From Carcharhinus longimanus (lineage: Eukaryota): a DNA stretch of 64,000 nt. Below the pieces are notes generated by a model, which worked only from the letters and a program-made list of their open reading frames with translations, ran no database searches and was not told where the DNA came from. The DNA lies in the NCBI GenBank assembly GCA_030264375.1, contig JASCQW010000128.1, positions 33,825,973 through 33,889,972 on the forward strand, in the 5' to 3' direction. A program made the position numbers and the translations under genes. Positions 11,041-23,575 of this stretch are shown here, piece by piece (position 1 is the first letter of the stretch; every line of letters starts with the position of its first letter).

Positions 11041-12454
11041 AGATTGGTTTGGGGGTGGGAATTTAGTAGAAGGGAAGGACTTTGTTGTCAAGTGCTGTAT
11101 TTACCAAATGTCAGTAATCAGTCAAAGTGTGAAAGAAATAGTGAGGGGAAGTGTTGAAATAGGCCAAAGGGATTTCTTTATAATGTTCATGCTCTTTATT
11201 GTTGTGGTGAACCTACTTTCTGAATTGGGAACTATCTTTTTTTCAATCCCTGCAAATTCTCTGTTATACTTAAAGAAGCAGAAAATGGTAATGCCTTACA
11301 CATTGGCCAACTGTATTTAGTAACAGGGCTCCTTCATTTTAGAGTCTAATTATTTTGTAGGGAGGAGAAATTAATTTCCTGCCTTTTAGCTACATTCTGC
11401 TTTCTGCTGATAACATACAATTGGTTTATCAAGTTCCATTTTATTAACTACAATAATCACAATTTGAGAAAAAGTCACTTTGCAGTGTAGAAGCAGCTTG
11501 ACTTTGCATCTAAACATGCTGTGCCTGACCTGGCAATGCTTGGGTGCATGAAGAGCAAAGTATTTTGTTACCACCACTCACATCTTTTATATTAATGAAC
11601 AAAGGAAAAAGACACACAGGAAAAAATGACTTCAACAGAAACTGGCATGTGAAACAGTATCTACACTTTTGAAAAAAGAAAAAGGTAATAAATCAAGGAA
11701 ATCTCTTCAACAACCTAAACAGTTTGGGTTCAAATTTACAGTTTAAATTAACATGATTTAGTACAGTCTGAGAGATATATCATTCCAAACAAACTGCAGT
11801 CTTTCATCAAATCAAGGAATAAAGTTCAATTAATTGTGAAGGGAAGTTCTACTTGAAAAGTGTTAAAAGACAAGTCTCAAGCAGCTCTCAGTGAATACAA
11901 GTCCGTAACTCACATTTTGTATATGAAGTAAATCCAAGCTCAATTATAGTAAGCACGAACATTTCATCAAAACAATGTATTTCATTAAGTACAAATTGGT
12001 GTCACATTAATTCCTTCTATCATTCAAATATAGTTAGAAACCATTCATCTTGCTGGAAGTTTCCATTGTGTTTAGCACAACTGCAAAGATGGAAATCACA
12101 TAGAAACTTCTTTATATTAATTGACCACAAGCACAACTCCTATCAGCTGAACAGAGAACAATGTTGTCCAATGAATTGGCCACCAGTGGCTGTTTGGGAA
12201 TTCAAATGTGGCTAATTTTATTTTTGGTTAGCAAATAAAAATGAATAATAAACAGTGTAGTCAAATTGCTTGCACAGCATTTATACTTTAACCTTTTTGT
12301 GCATTTGTTTGCTGGCAAAATGGCAAGACAAAAGCGGCAGCGTGTGTATGTTTTTTAATCATTGAGTGTTTTAACTTCCTTCGTTACTTGAAACATCTTT
12401 AAGTAAATATACTGGTGCAAAATCTAATTATATGTAATGTGTGACAGCGAAGTA

Positions 12455-12700
12455 ATAAAACCATTCATCAACCTAATGAAACTACAACACAGGACTACTT
12501 GCATGCCAAGCAGCAAGCAATAGACGGAGCTCAATGGTTCCACAATAAGCAAATCAGATATAAGCTTTGCGATCCTGCCACATCCAGTTGCGAGTGCTGA
12601 TGGACAATTAGACAACAGATAGATGAAGGAGATTTCACAAATATCCCCATCCTCAGTGATTGAGGAGCCCAGCACATCAGTGCAAAAGACAAGATTTTGA
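12455..12700 (+). mobile_element. CR1/L2-group LINE ORF2 internal fragment
   Basis: cctgccacatccag...tggacaatta...acaaatatccccatcctc...gcccagcacatcagtgcaaaagacaag, a common shark LINE motif. Further pieces at 38380-38760, 41440-42010 and 45700-45990. Confidence 0.55.
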
Positions 12701-13369
12701 AAGTGGTTGAAACAGACATAAAATACCAATAGCACCATGATAATGGAGGAAGCTAAAGTCCCTCCCTAACTGAAAGAAACCAGAAGGATGTTTTTGAAAA
12801 CAACATAAACTGGATGGGGTGGTTTTGAAAATAAAACATAAACAAGCTGCAAATGATGGAAATCAGCAAGAAACCAACAACAACTTGAATGTATACATGA
12901 CCTCAAATTTAAAGAAATACTCAAAGTCACTTCATAAAGTACAAAAAAAACTTTAAATCTAACACGTAGGATGCAGGGAACCTGTGTCAGTCAGTGAAGA
13001 TGTGGCTGAGTTGTAAAACTGAGTCTTTGGGTAGGAGTGAGCACATGTAGCAGATTCTTGAGTTGCAGTTTATGGATGGTATGAAATCCCCAGTGAGAAC
13101 ATTTGTTGAGGTTGGCGGTAAGAAATCAATTATGTTTTCAGCAAAGGAGTGCCTGAAGTACGAACTGAAGTGGACTATGTTGTGGATGGGGAGTAGGACA
13201 TGGGATTTAATATTCGCTTTAAATAGAACACCATGATTATAAACTATGTTGATTAGCATGTGTCAGAGGATAGGAAGGAATTACCAACAAGGGAGAAAGA
13301 GTTACATTTATATAAAAAAAAACTTACTTACTCTTTAACATATTTGATTTCCTCAATATATATGTGGGG

Positions 13370-14160
13370 TTACATGGAATCCATAGAATCCCTACAATAC
13401 AGAAGGAGGCCATTTGGCCCATCGAGTCTGTACCAACTACATTCCACCCAGATCCTATTCCTGTAACCCCACACATTTACTCTGCTAATACTCTGACACT
13501 AGAGTCAATTTAGCATGGCCAATCAACCTAAGCCGCACATCTTTGGAATGTGGGAAGAAACTGGAGTACCCAGAAGAAATCCACGCAGACACGGAGAGAA
13601 AATACAAACTCCAACCAGACTGTGACCAGAGGCTGGAATTGATTTGATTTATTATCGTCACATGTATTAGTATTGTTGCTTGCACGCTATACAGACAAAG
13701 CATACCGTTCATAGAGAAGGAAATGAGAGAGAGTGCAGATTGTCATGTTACAGTCATAGCTAGGGTGTAGAAAAAGATCAATATAGGTAGGTCCATTCAT
13801 ATGTCTGATAGCAGCAGTGAAGAAGCTGCTCTTGACTCAATTGGTACATGGCCTCAGACTTTTGTATCTTTTTCTGACGGAAGAAGGCGGAAGAGAAAAT
13901 GTCAGAGGTGCGTGGGGTCCTTAGTTATGCTGGCTACTTTGCTGAGGCAGTGGGAAGTGTAGACAGAGTCAAAGGCTACATTTACACCCTTTTGCAGTTT
14001 CTTGCAGTCCTGGGCAGAGCAGAAGCCATGCCAAGCTATGAAACAATCAGAAATAATGCTTTCTATGGTGCATCTGTAAAAGGTGGCAAGAGTTGTAGCT
14101 TACATGCCAAATTTCCTTAGTCTTCTGAGAAAGTAGAGGCGTTGGTGGACTTTTTTAACT

Positions 14161-14200
<40 letters not shown>

Positions 14201-14383
14201 CACACGCACACACCGGGGCAGGTTGGTGATCTGGACACGAAAACTTGAANNNNNNNNNNNNNNNNNNNNNNNNNNNNNNNNNNNNNNNNNNNNNNNNNNN
14301 NNNNNNNNNNNNNNNNNNNNNNNNNNNNNNNNNNNNNNNNNNNNNNNNNCGATCTGTAGAGGCGTTGGTGGACTTTTTTAACT

Positions 14384-14439
<56 letters not shown>

Positions 14440-14722
14440 CACACGCACACACCGGGGCAGGTTGGTGATCTGGACACGAAAACTTGAAGCTTTTGACCAT
14501 TTCTATTTCATCCCCATTGACATAGATAGGGTTTTCTACTATGCTTCTTGAAGTTGATGACAATCTCCTTCGTTTTGTTGACATAGAGAGAGAGAGAGAA
14601 GTTATTGTCATCACACCAGTTCATCAGATTCTCTCTCTCATTCCAGTGCTCTAATCACTGCTGGCGATCTGACCTATTACCACTGTGAAGCAGCAGTGCT
14701 AATCACTGTTCACTGTGGTGCC
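13370..14722 (-). mobile_element. HE1/V-SINE split by a nested Rex1 LINE (about 13640-14640) containing a (TG)n microsatellite
   Basis: SINE tail and body at 13370-13640, tRNA-like head at about 14680-14722 (gtgaagcagcagtgctaatcactg). Between them lies the reverse complement of the Rex1 sequence, including ORF piece PIYVNGDEIEMVKSFKF. Confidence 0.8.
14163..14432. repeat. (TG)n microsatellite present twice across a 100-N gap
   Basis: 14133-14249 repeats 14357-14488 with a different TG copy number; probably one locus duplicated by assembly. Confidence 0.85.
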
Positions 14723-16615
14723 TGGTAAAGTTACATGCATGTTCTACTCCAGATTGCCAGCTGGTGAAGGAAGAATCCAGAGCCTGTCTTTACTTGGGAT
14801 AGATTTATCCAGAGTGAAACATACCATGTATATATCCCTTCACTCCACTTACCGGTTAGTAAGTGTCTCTTTATATGTACTCAGGTAACCATCCAATTAA
14901 TGCCCTCCATCTGTAAGTATTAACCTCAACCAATACAATAAAAAAATGCATTTGTTAAATAATTTATCTAATAATTCAACTGATTACGAGGACAAATTGA
15001 TCAGTACATAAGACCACAAAATCCTTGATGTGTACTGTTGTTTTTATGAGCCCTGATATGTACTGCTACGTTGAGGAACATTGCTGAGCACTCTCATACA
15101 TGTTGAGGAAACAGATCTGAATCTCCATTCACCAATGTTCGCACTTGTATTTTGCTTTATTCATTATTCTTATCTTAAAACTTTGAGCGAAACAATGACA
15201 GATTTTTTGTCCCAGGTGATAGGAAGCGCTCAGCTGCAGTTCCCAATGCAGCATTCATTAGGAATCTCTTTAAATCAGTAGTAGGATGCTTTTGCTGGTA
15301 GTTCCTGACATTTTACTAATTTAGCTGAAGTGAATGGTGGGATCTTGTTTGCCCAAATTTGGTTAATTCTGTTAAATTTATTTTGGGTTGTTACTGACTG
15401 TGACAGAATCATACACGGGGTATGGCAGTAAAATCACCCACTAATAATATAAAAGCAGCTCTGAAATCACTCTTTGGATGTAGATATAGTCATTTGGGAA
15501 CAATTGACAACTCATCAGCAATGCACTGCCTTAAGGGCTGGATTGTGCAGATGAACAATATTACAAATCAAACAAAAATAGAAAGTAATGGAAATGCTCA
15601 GCAGGTCAGATAGCACCTGTAGAGAGGAAGGTAGCGTGGACATTCAGGCGTATGGAACATCGAAACAATGTCAGCCATTCAACCGCTCAAACATGTCCTA
15701 CCATTCAATGAGATCATGTCTGATCAGGTTTCTAACAAAAGGTCATCAATTCAAAATGTTAACCCGCATCTTCCCTTCTCTACAGAATTTTCTCTATTTT
15801 CAAATATTATTGGTTTATAATTTCATATTTCCAGTATTTTGCTAAATGTTACAAATCAGACAGCTGTTCTTTAACATTCAAGAATTGCCACTTGAATGAT
15901 CATGACAGACAAACAAACTGCATTAATTACCATAAACAATTGTGTGGTTTCTGGTTTCCAAAAGTAGATTTTGATTGTCAAAGTAGGGGTTATTAATACA
16001 GATGATAGTAGGATTCCTCTGTACCACTGCAATACAAGATTAACACCCTTTCTTCCTGTGTAGTAGAAGTATTGACATATTCTGCAATATCTCTGACAAA
16101 AATAGACAGGCTGCTAGTTTTATTGCACAGCCTGAGTTATATGGTCCCTCCAGTGGCAGCCGGCAGCAATTTTATGGTGGGGTGGGCACGGCCTCACTGC
16201 GCAGGGCTCGCCCATGGCAGTCAATCTGAAACATTCAGGCCCATGTTTTAGATTATAGTAGATCAGCCATTTGCTGGTGCTTATGCTGATTCTTAACAAG
16301 TGGCCACCTCCTTGTGTCTTTACCTCAAGAGCACTGAAATCAAATTTACATGTTCACATCATTAGCCATGCTAAATATGAACTGCACATGATTTACAGAT
16401 AAACATACATGAAAAACTTTTCACTGAAGCACTCAATTCTGTAAAAAAAAGTATTAGCTATGAGCCAAAGTAGTACACCTCTCACCAGCAAACCATTGTC
16501 ATACTGTAGAAGGATTAACAGGTTAGGTTCTGTACATTGAAAGAGAAAAATGACAGCAATGGGATAGGAATTAAATTGTTAGTTTACACACAGAGAATAA
16601 TAAGCTAATACATAC

Positions 16616-16753
16616 CTCCATTTCTTTATTTTCATATTTATACGCATTTTTTGTTCCTTGACTTTTCCTTCGAAGCTTCTTGAGTTCTGCTTGAGACTTT
16701 TCAAGAGAATCCAATTTAGTTCTATGTTCTGTTTGGTACTTTTTAAGAGTTGC
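16616..16753 (-). CDS. BAIAP2L1: BAIAP2L1 coding exon (exon 6 equivalent)
   Basis: 138 bp, tttgcag|GCA...GAG|gtatgt. Translates [46 protein letters not shown], closer to BAIAP2L1 ([26 protein letters not shown]) than to BAIAP2 (AALKKYQTEQRSKGDALDKC). Confidence 0.96.
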
Positions 16754-17029
16754 CTGCAAACAAAATTTCATCAATGTATTAATCTGCAGTTTTTTTGGAC
16801 TCAAAAAACTTCAATTGATTCGGCAATCTTGCAGAGTAATAGCAGTGAATTCTGCTTGATTGAAGACTTTACAGGGATTCAAATCTAGGAATAACTAACT
16901 TTGGCTCAATTTACAAATGCAGAAATTCAGATAAGCATCAGTTTAATCTCTTATAGCTGTTTCATTATGCATTCTTAGTCTTTGTTACTCAGCCTTTTCG
17001 ATATTAACAACTTGCAGTAAGTCCAGTTC

Positions 17030-17690
17030 ATCACTCTGTCTGTCCTCACTGATTTGCACTCACCTCCAATGTCTCAATTTTGAACTTTACAACCTTGTTT
17101 GCAAGGCCCTCGATGGCCTTGCATTTCCCCATCTTTTTAACCCCCATCAGTCCCACAACTCTCAGGTATCTGCACTCCTCTAATACTGGCCTCTTGATCC
17201 TAACCTATTTTAGTTGCTCCATCAAGGGTAGCCGTGTCCTCAGCTGCCATGACCTGGAGCTCTGGAACTCAAACTCTGAAGGCAGGGTTTTCTGACACCC
17301 CTCAAACCTTGACACGTGTTTTGCAGTGGCAGAGGCAGCCCGGCATTAGCCAGCAGCAGGATCTTCTAATCCTGCCACTGTCAATGGGGTTTCCCGTTAC
17401 TTGCACTCTCTGCCACCAGGGAATATATGGCAGGAAACCACTATCAGTGGGACTGGAGGTTCCCGCCAGCAGGAACAGCTGCAAAAATCCCACTCTATAT
17501 CACCCCAAGCCTCTCTACCTTTTTTTGCTCCTTTAAAGTACACCTTAAAAACCTACCACTATGTTCATGCTTTAATCATCTGCTCTAATTTTCTTTTATG
17601 CATCTAGTATCAAATCCTACTTTCTGAAACTTCTGCGAAATGTCTTGGGCATTCTGTTATGCTAAAAATGTTATTTGATGCAAGTTGTTT
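17030..17690 (+). mobile_element. L2-type LINE 3' end interrupted by a MITE (about 17281-17495)
   Basis: L2-like text (ctgcactcctctaatactggcc...ctctggaactc|...|ctctctacct...ccttaaaacctacc) broken by ggcagggttttctg...gcaaaaatccc. Confidence 0.6.
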
Positions 17691-17949
17691 CTGGAGTATT
17701 AATACAACATCTGAAAATTAAATTGAATAACATTGCTGATTTTTTTGGGTTAAAAGAAATGAATATGGGCTATATGAAATGCTCCATTTTTTGTTGTCCC
17801 AGTTCTTTTTGCAAGTTCAAATACCTTAAAAACCAAAGAAAAACCAACCCCTAAAATCCAAAATTATAGACAAACACATTTGTCCTATAATGTTAGTTGA
17901 TCAAGCCACCAAATTTTCTGCTGGATATATTTCTATTAAGTAAAATGTG

Positions 17950-18790
17950 CTTTGCCAAGATTTATTGGATGTTCTTTCCTCTGGCAGGGATGTTGAGAAC
18001 AAGAGATCATATTTCAGGATACAAGGTAGGCCATATATGAGACTAAAATGAGGAGAAACTCTTCACTCAAAAGATGGTGAACATGTGGAATTCTTTCTCA
18101 CAGGAGACTGGTGGTCACACGTTATTATCAGGTGGTCACACAGTGAGGCCTTCCATTGTTTGCTGGAGCAGAAGAGTGAAGGAGCAGAGAGATAAGAATT
18201 TACCTGTTAAAAACCTGTTTAAATTTAAGTTTAAAGCACTTTGTCCCTTGTAGAACTGTTTAAATCATTTAAAAGCATTTTTGTGGGCTTATTGTATTTA
18301 CCTCTTTAAGAATTCTGAGGGAGTGGTTAAAAGGGAGTTGTGGGCCAGCAAGCTTTAAATCAGCGCCAGGTTTAAAAAGAGGCCTGGTGTAGACAGCGGG
18401 CAGCGTCGGAGCGGGCAGCGGAGNNNNNNNNNNNNNNNNNNNNNNNNNNNNNNNNNNNNNNNNNNNNNNNNNNNNNNNNNNNNNNNNNNNNNNNNNNNNN
18501 NNNNNNNNNNNNNNNNNNNNNNNTATTGAATGGCAGGGCAGGCTCGAAGGGCTAGATGGCCTACTCCTGCTCCTATTTCTTATGTTCTTATGTTCTTATG
18601 ACTGTGGAAACCAAGTCATTGAATATACTTAAGAAGGAAATAGATAGATTGCTAGGCTATAAAGACGTGAAGGGGTATGGGGAGAGCATAGGAACGTGGT
18701 GTTGAGTTAGAAGACCAGCCATGATCATACTGAATAATGGAGCAGGCTCGAAGGACCAAATGGCCTGCTCCTATTTTGTATGCTTCTATA
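17950..18790 (+). mobile_element. older CR1 3' fragment with a younger CR1 (18111-18600) inserted, spanning a gap
   Basis: Host CR1 text continues across the insert. Insert ends (TTCTTATG)3; GACTG is duplicated at 18106-18110 and 18600-18604. Confidence 0.75.
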
Positions 18791-19213
18791 TTATGACAAC
18801 CTTGTCCTCTACATTAAGAATTTTTGAGCTTTTATTATCCAACATGCTTGAATTTCTACTATCCAACAGATTCTTCAGTTATTGGCTTGTTGAAAGGGTT
18901 AATTATTTGCTCAGGGAAATAACTGCTGTCACTTTAGAATTATCTGTAAAATGGGTGCTTGCTTACATTGTGTTAACACACCATTAATATTTGAAACCTA
19001 AAAATAATTGGGTGAGATCGGAGAAGAAAGGATATATCCTTTTGGTGGCACAAGATCAAAAACATGTTGAATGAATATTCAGTATTTGGAAAAATTGAAG
19101 GATTTCTTTAAAGTATTAAGGTTACATTTGTATTTTGCAACAGAAGTGACAATTGCCAGTAATCATAACTTTGCACAAGTTACCGTTGTAGAATGAAAAC
19201 ATTAGATACCTAC

Positions 19214-19285
19214 ATTCATGTATTTCACATCTTGATCAGTCTTTTTCTCCAATTCACTTATGATATCTTTGTGAAATTTCCTAAA
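19214..19285 (-). CDS. BAIAP2L1: BAIAP2L1 coding exon (exon 5 equivalent)
   Basis: 72 bp, cctttaag|TTT...AAT|gtaggt. Translates [24 protein letters not shown], versus human [24 protein letters not shown]. Confidence 0.95.
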
Positions 19286-19887
19286 CTTAAAGGTGAAAAA
19301 AAGAGTTTTAATGAGAAACCACATCTGCAATAAAGAGAACAATGAACTTAACAGTCATAAAATAATATGTGTCTTAACTTAATATTCTCTCAAACCCAGT
19401 TACCATTGATTTTCCACCGAATGGGTTGGGCAGCAGGTTGGCAGATGAAACTCATGCAAATTCACACACTATTCTGGGCAAAATGTAAAGGAACATCAAT
19501 GCAAATTTCTCAACAGCTTGATTTGGAGCAGCTGAAGAGATGGGTGAAGAGAACAAATCGATTCCCTTACACTGTTTAGAGCTCTCTTGAACCCCTGAGT
19601 TCTCTGTTCAAAGGGTTCCTTTGACATCACTTTGTAACTGGACAACGAAAGATCAATTAGTGGCTTAGACTGATCAATTTTCACTTTTCAAATGCCTTAT
19701 GTTAACTAAATAACTTACAATTAAGTTGCTGAGATCAGGAACACAGATCTGAGAATTTTCATGCAGCAGAACCAGGCTATTGCAGTTTAACTTATAAAAG
19801 TATAGTAGTCATGAAGGATAAGCTTCAATTGCAAGACAAAAGTAAAGCTATTTAAAACTATTTCAAAGATTGCAAAAATAATCTTAA

Positions 19888-19906
19888 ATATATATATATA
19901 TATATA
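19888..19906. repeat. (TA)n microsatellite abutting the exon 4 donor
   Basis: AAT|gtatgtatatatatatatatatatt on the minus strand. Confidence 0.9.
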
Positions 19907-19911
19907 CATAC

Positions 19912-19973
19912 ATTATCTTCCATATCTATGTTGATTTTCTTGTGTACTTCAGAAATCTCCATGAGGACTTGTC
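19912..19973 (-). CDS. BAIAP2L1: BAIAP2L1 coding exon (exon 4 equivalent)
   Basis: 62 bp, ccccacag|GA...AAT|gtatgt, phase 1-0. Translates (G)QVLMEISEVHKKINIDMEDN, versus human GHVLIEISSTHKKLNESLDEN. Confidence 0.93.
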
Positions 19974-20285
19974 CTGTGGGGACAATTGAAAATTAAGTTC
20001 AAGAAGCTGCTTTTTTTTTTCATTTGCACACAATATTCTGCATTGCAAATGTTCTTGAATTTCCAGTCCATCATTGTTGTTGAAAGCAGAGATAGTTACT
20101 TCCTGGCCTCCATGACTGGATCAGTCAACAACTACTGGGAACTGCTTAAGAAAGTCAATCTACATTTGCCACTCTGCATCTATCTTTCTGACCTGGAAGG
20201 CATTACAGGTTATGTATTTAGTCTGGCTGAGATTGAGAACTGACCAGAGCAGTCAAGCTTGTCAGAAAATGCTGGTTCAGCCTCT

Positions 20286-20822
20286 AGGCTTGATTTTTAA
20301 GCCCTTTGGGGAAGACAGGTGTCAAAAATAGCACAGCTGACTGACCGTAGCTACCTCCAGCCCCCAGGCCATTTTACTGAGATAGATTTGGAGGTGGGAG
20401 TGGTTGGTGATGAGCAGCTGATCCACTTCATTAAGGACAGCTTCATGCCAATTAAAGGAAGGCAACCTGGATTTTCCAGTTGGTCTACAGATCCCCACAG
20501 GCACTGGATGCTGGTTTTGTGCTCAAGGTGACCTCCCAGCGTTTGACAGGCTTAGAGCCGTTGCATGCCTGAGTTAAAAAGCCATTTTTAATTTAAGATA
20601 TCTCCATTTTGGAAAACCTCCTCCTTCATTTATCTTCCATCACAGCCTGCTACTTTCAACTGAAAGGTTTCTGATTGGCCCTCTAGCTTTGACAGCCAGA
20701 TTGCTGTCCCTAATTGGAAGAGCCTGCCCTCTATCTGCTCAGGGGAAAACCACATGTTGTAGGCTTGATCCTTATTTGAGCCAAAGGGATTCAGAAAAAA
20801 GTCCGCAGATAAAATCCTGCCC
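20286..20822. mobile_element. Harbinger-like MITE
   Basis: Termini ggcttgattttta ... taaaatcctgccc around a GC-richer interior. Confidence 0.55.
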
Positions 20823-23149
20823 TGTATTATTATCTTGCCAGTCTATCCAAATGATTCTCTAAATGATAATCTAAGAATATTGCCATAATTTGGAAAGAGT
20901 AGTCCCAATCAAGAGGCTTCATTTTAAATGAGGTTTTGGCCTGTCTTTGGCTCTTAAGGCAAACATAGGGCAAAGGGCGCAAATGTATTTGCAACTAGCT
21001 GTAATCCATTGTCTGACGGTTTGTGTAACAGCTTTAGTAGAATGGCCAGATCCTGAAGGAACCTGTGTGAAGCAAAGTTTACCTCTGTTGTTGGAAGGAA
21101 ATAATTTGGCCTCAATTGATGAATTGGCTTCACATAGTAATTTCTCTTCACTCAAAAATTCAAATCTGGCCATGGTGAAAATCAAGAATTCCCAGCATTT
21201 TACCATACTGAAATGCATTGATAAGTTATGCAGGATTTCAGAGAGACAGGTCAGCGAAGGTAATTTTTTTGCTCCTGTTTTTTTAATCAGTCTAAACAAT
21301 ATGTCTTAAAAACCAATACAGATTTCAACAAAACTTAGTACACACATAAGGCCCAAATAAGAACTGATTAGTTTTTGGTGAAGACATGGTTCTGGAGTTT
21401 ATTAACATTAGGAGATAGGACAAATTGACTTTAAGAATGTTCTGGATATTTAGAATGTTGTGGATTGTCTCAGCTGCTCTGGTGAAATTTGTCAAAATGT
21501 AAGCAGAACTTTCAAAGCAGGTTGTTAGATATGGATTGATCTGAAGCCTCCTCAGTGAAGTGGAAAAACCTAAAAAAAATATATTTTTAAGATTTGTAGT
21601 TAGTGAATCAATCAGACAGAGAAAAACATCAAAAGCTGCACAGTTGTAATAAGTGAGTTAACACAGTGTGGCAGATGTATGGGCTCTATTGAGTGCCCTC
21701 TTCAATTGTCATCTGTCACTGTTCATCAGGAGACGTATTTTCCCAATCTCCATCCAAAGTCTAACTCTTCCCTCTGTTCAACATGGCCAGTCAAAATAGA
21801 TAATGTACAGTGTGCTGAAGTTTTGATGTTGGCTAGAAAGACCTCGCGCTCTTTTGTGAAGTTTACTTATCCAGCCTCCCCATACTCCGGTATCAGCCCC
21901 TCCAAGGTAGCAAGAACCATGGACAAATACTTTTCTCTGATTTAGCCTCTGGAGCTTCACATTATGGAACAAACCAAGCCTGTGAGATATCTACTTATGG
22001 AATTGGAACCTTGAATAAGTCCCAGGCTTAGGCAAACCTAAGCAATTCCCCCAAGGTAGCTCGAGTCTCAAGAGTTTGCCATTCCCTGTATGTACTAACA
22101 AGAGAAAATTTCAACATCTTGATATGCAGTGTTAAGTATTTAGCATCAAAAGTGTATAGCAATTTCATTAATGTATGAATTAATATGTCTAAAGACTTTT
22201 TCCCCCAGGCTGCAATCTTCTGCGAATTACGTCACATGCGTACAAGTAGTTAGAGGTTCACAAGACACTCCCTGATGCAATCTTCCCTGTTTGCCTAGCA
22301 ACAAATCAGAACTGTTTTGTAAACATCAATGTTTGTCCACTGAGCAAAAACTCAGGAGCTCCAATGGTAAAAATTGGCAGGTGAGTGGATGTCGCAACAG
22401 TGGAACATAGCTATTGTACGCATCTATGATTACTCAAATGATTAATGCAACATCATGGTGAAAGGAAAATCTAAAAGGAGTATTGTTTGTTCAATAAATT
22501 CCCTTAGTGCTTACCGGGGGAAAAATACAAGCTTTCATTAGTTTTTAAAAAATAGGTGAATTTTACCATCTCCACAGTAATGTGCCAAGACAAAGACTCT
22601 TGTTTCCAGGCACACCCTCCTGGTATTTACTCAATGTTAAGTGCACCAACGTCACTGCTGTTATTGCAATCAATGAGACAGTTTTAAGATATGCGCAATG
22701 CCTTCCTTTGGCGGTGAGTCAAAGTTAGGCAAGGCCTGTCTCCATTCAGAGGAGAATATTGACCTTTTAAAAACTCTATTTCTACGCCTTTTTACCTGTT
22801 TTAGACAATAAAATATTTTCTTATAATTATTTTGTACCAATGCCATGACATGTTGCCTACTGTATTTTTTAGTCTATTCAAAAAATATTGGTATCCAAAA
22901 CCATCAATTTCAACAATTTATTATGAACGAAAAAATGTTTAGGGATAGGTTATCTGCATTTCAGCCTAAAGGAATTGGAAGAACTAGGAAAATATAAGCA
23001 TTTCCCAATTGTATTTAGCAGCCTCAGCCAATTACAACAGAAATTCTCCAATTATTTATGGCACTGCTACTAAACACTGAAGGAATATTAAAGAGTAACT
23101 TTAATTGCAAATTTTGTATCCTACATTGTATTCTATTTTTAAAGATAAG

Positions 23150-23575
23150 TTAGACCTTCCACGATCTCAGGTCAGTATAAAATGCTTTACAGGGAACAAA
23201 ATACTTCTGGATCATAGTCACTGCTCTAATTTAGGAATATGGAGACAAATTTGTGCACTGAATGTTCCCGTAAGTAGCAATACGATAATAATGAGATAAT
23301 CTGCTTTTAATGATGTTGATTAAGTGCTAAATATTGTTTGGAACACATGGGATAATTCCCCTGATCTTCTTTGAAATAGTGTGTGGAATCTTTTACACCC
23401 ACCAGAGAGGCTGACTATTTCTTGATTAACATCTTATCCAAAAGATTGCCTCTCTGACAATGCAGCACTCCCTCAATATGACACTCAGTCTAGATGTTTT
23501 TGCTGAAATCTCTGGGTTTAAATCTACAATCTTCTGATCCAGAGCAGAGTGTGCTGCCTGGTAACCTATGGCTGA
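23150..23575 (-). mobile_element. Deu-SINE (SacSINE1/AmnSINE-like)
   Basis: Deu-domain reverse complement: ttcccctgatcttctttgaaatagtg...atcttttacaccca...tgacaatgcagcactccctca. Confidence 0.75.

Noticed and set aside
14133-14488. Apparent ~120-bp tandem duplication containing (TG)n
   Set aside because: It straddles a 100-N gap; most likely an unmerged overlap of two microsatellite alleles.
20919-21309. Overlapping 120- and 126-aa ORFs on opposite strands
   Set aside because: No recognisable motifs or splice context in AT-rich intron; treated as chance.
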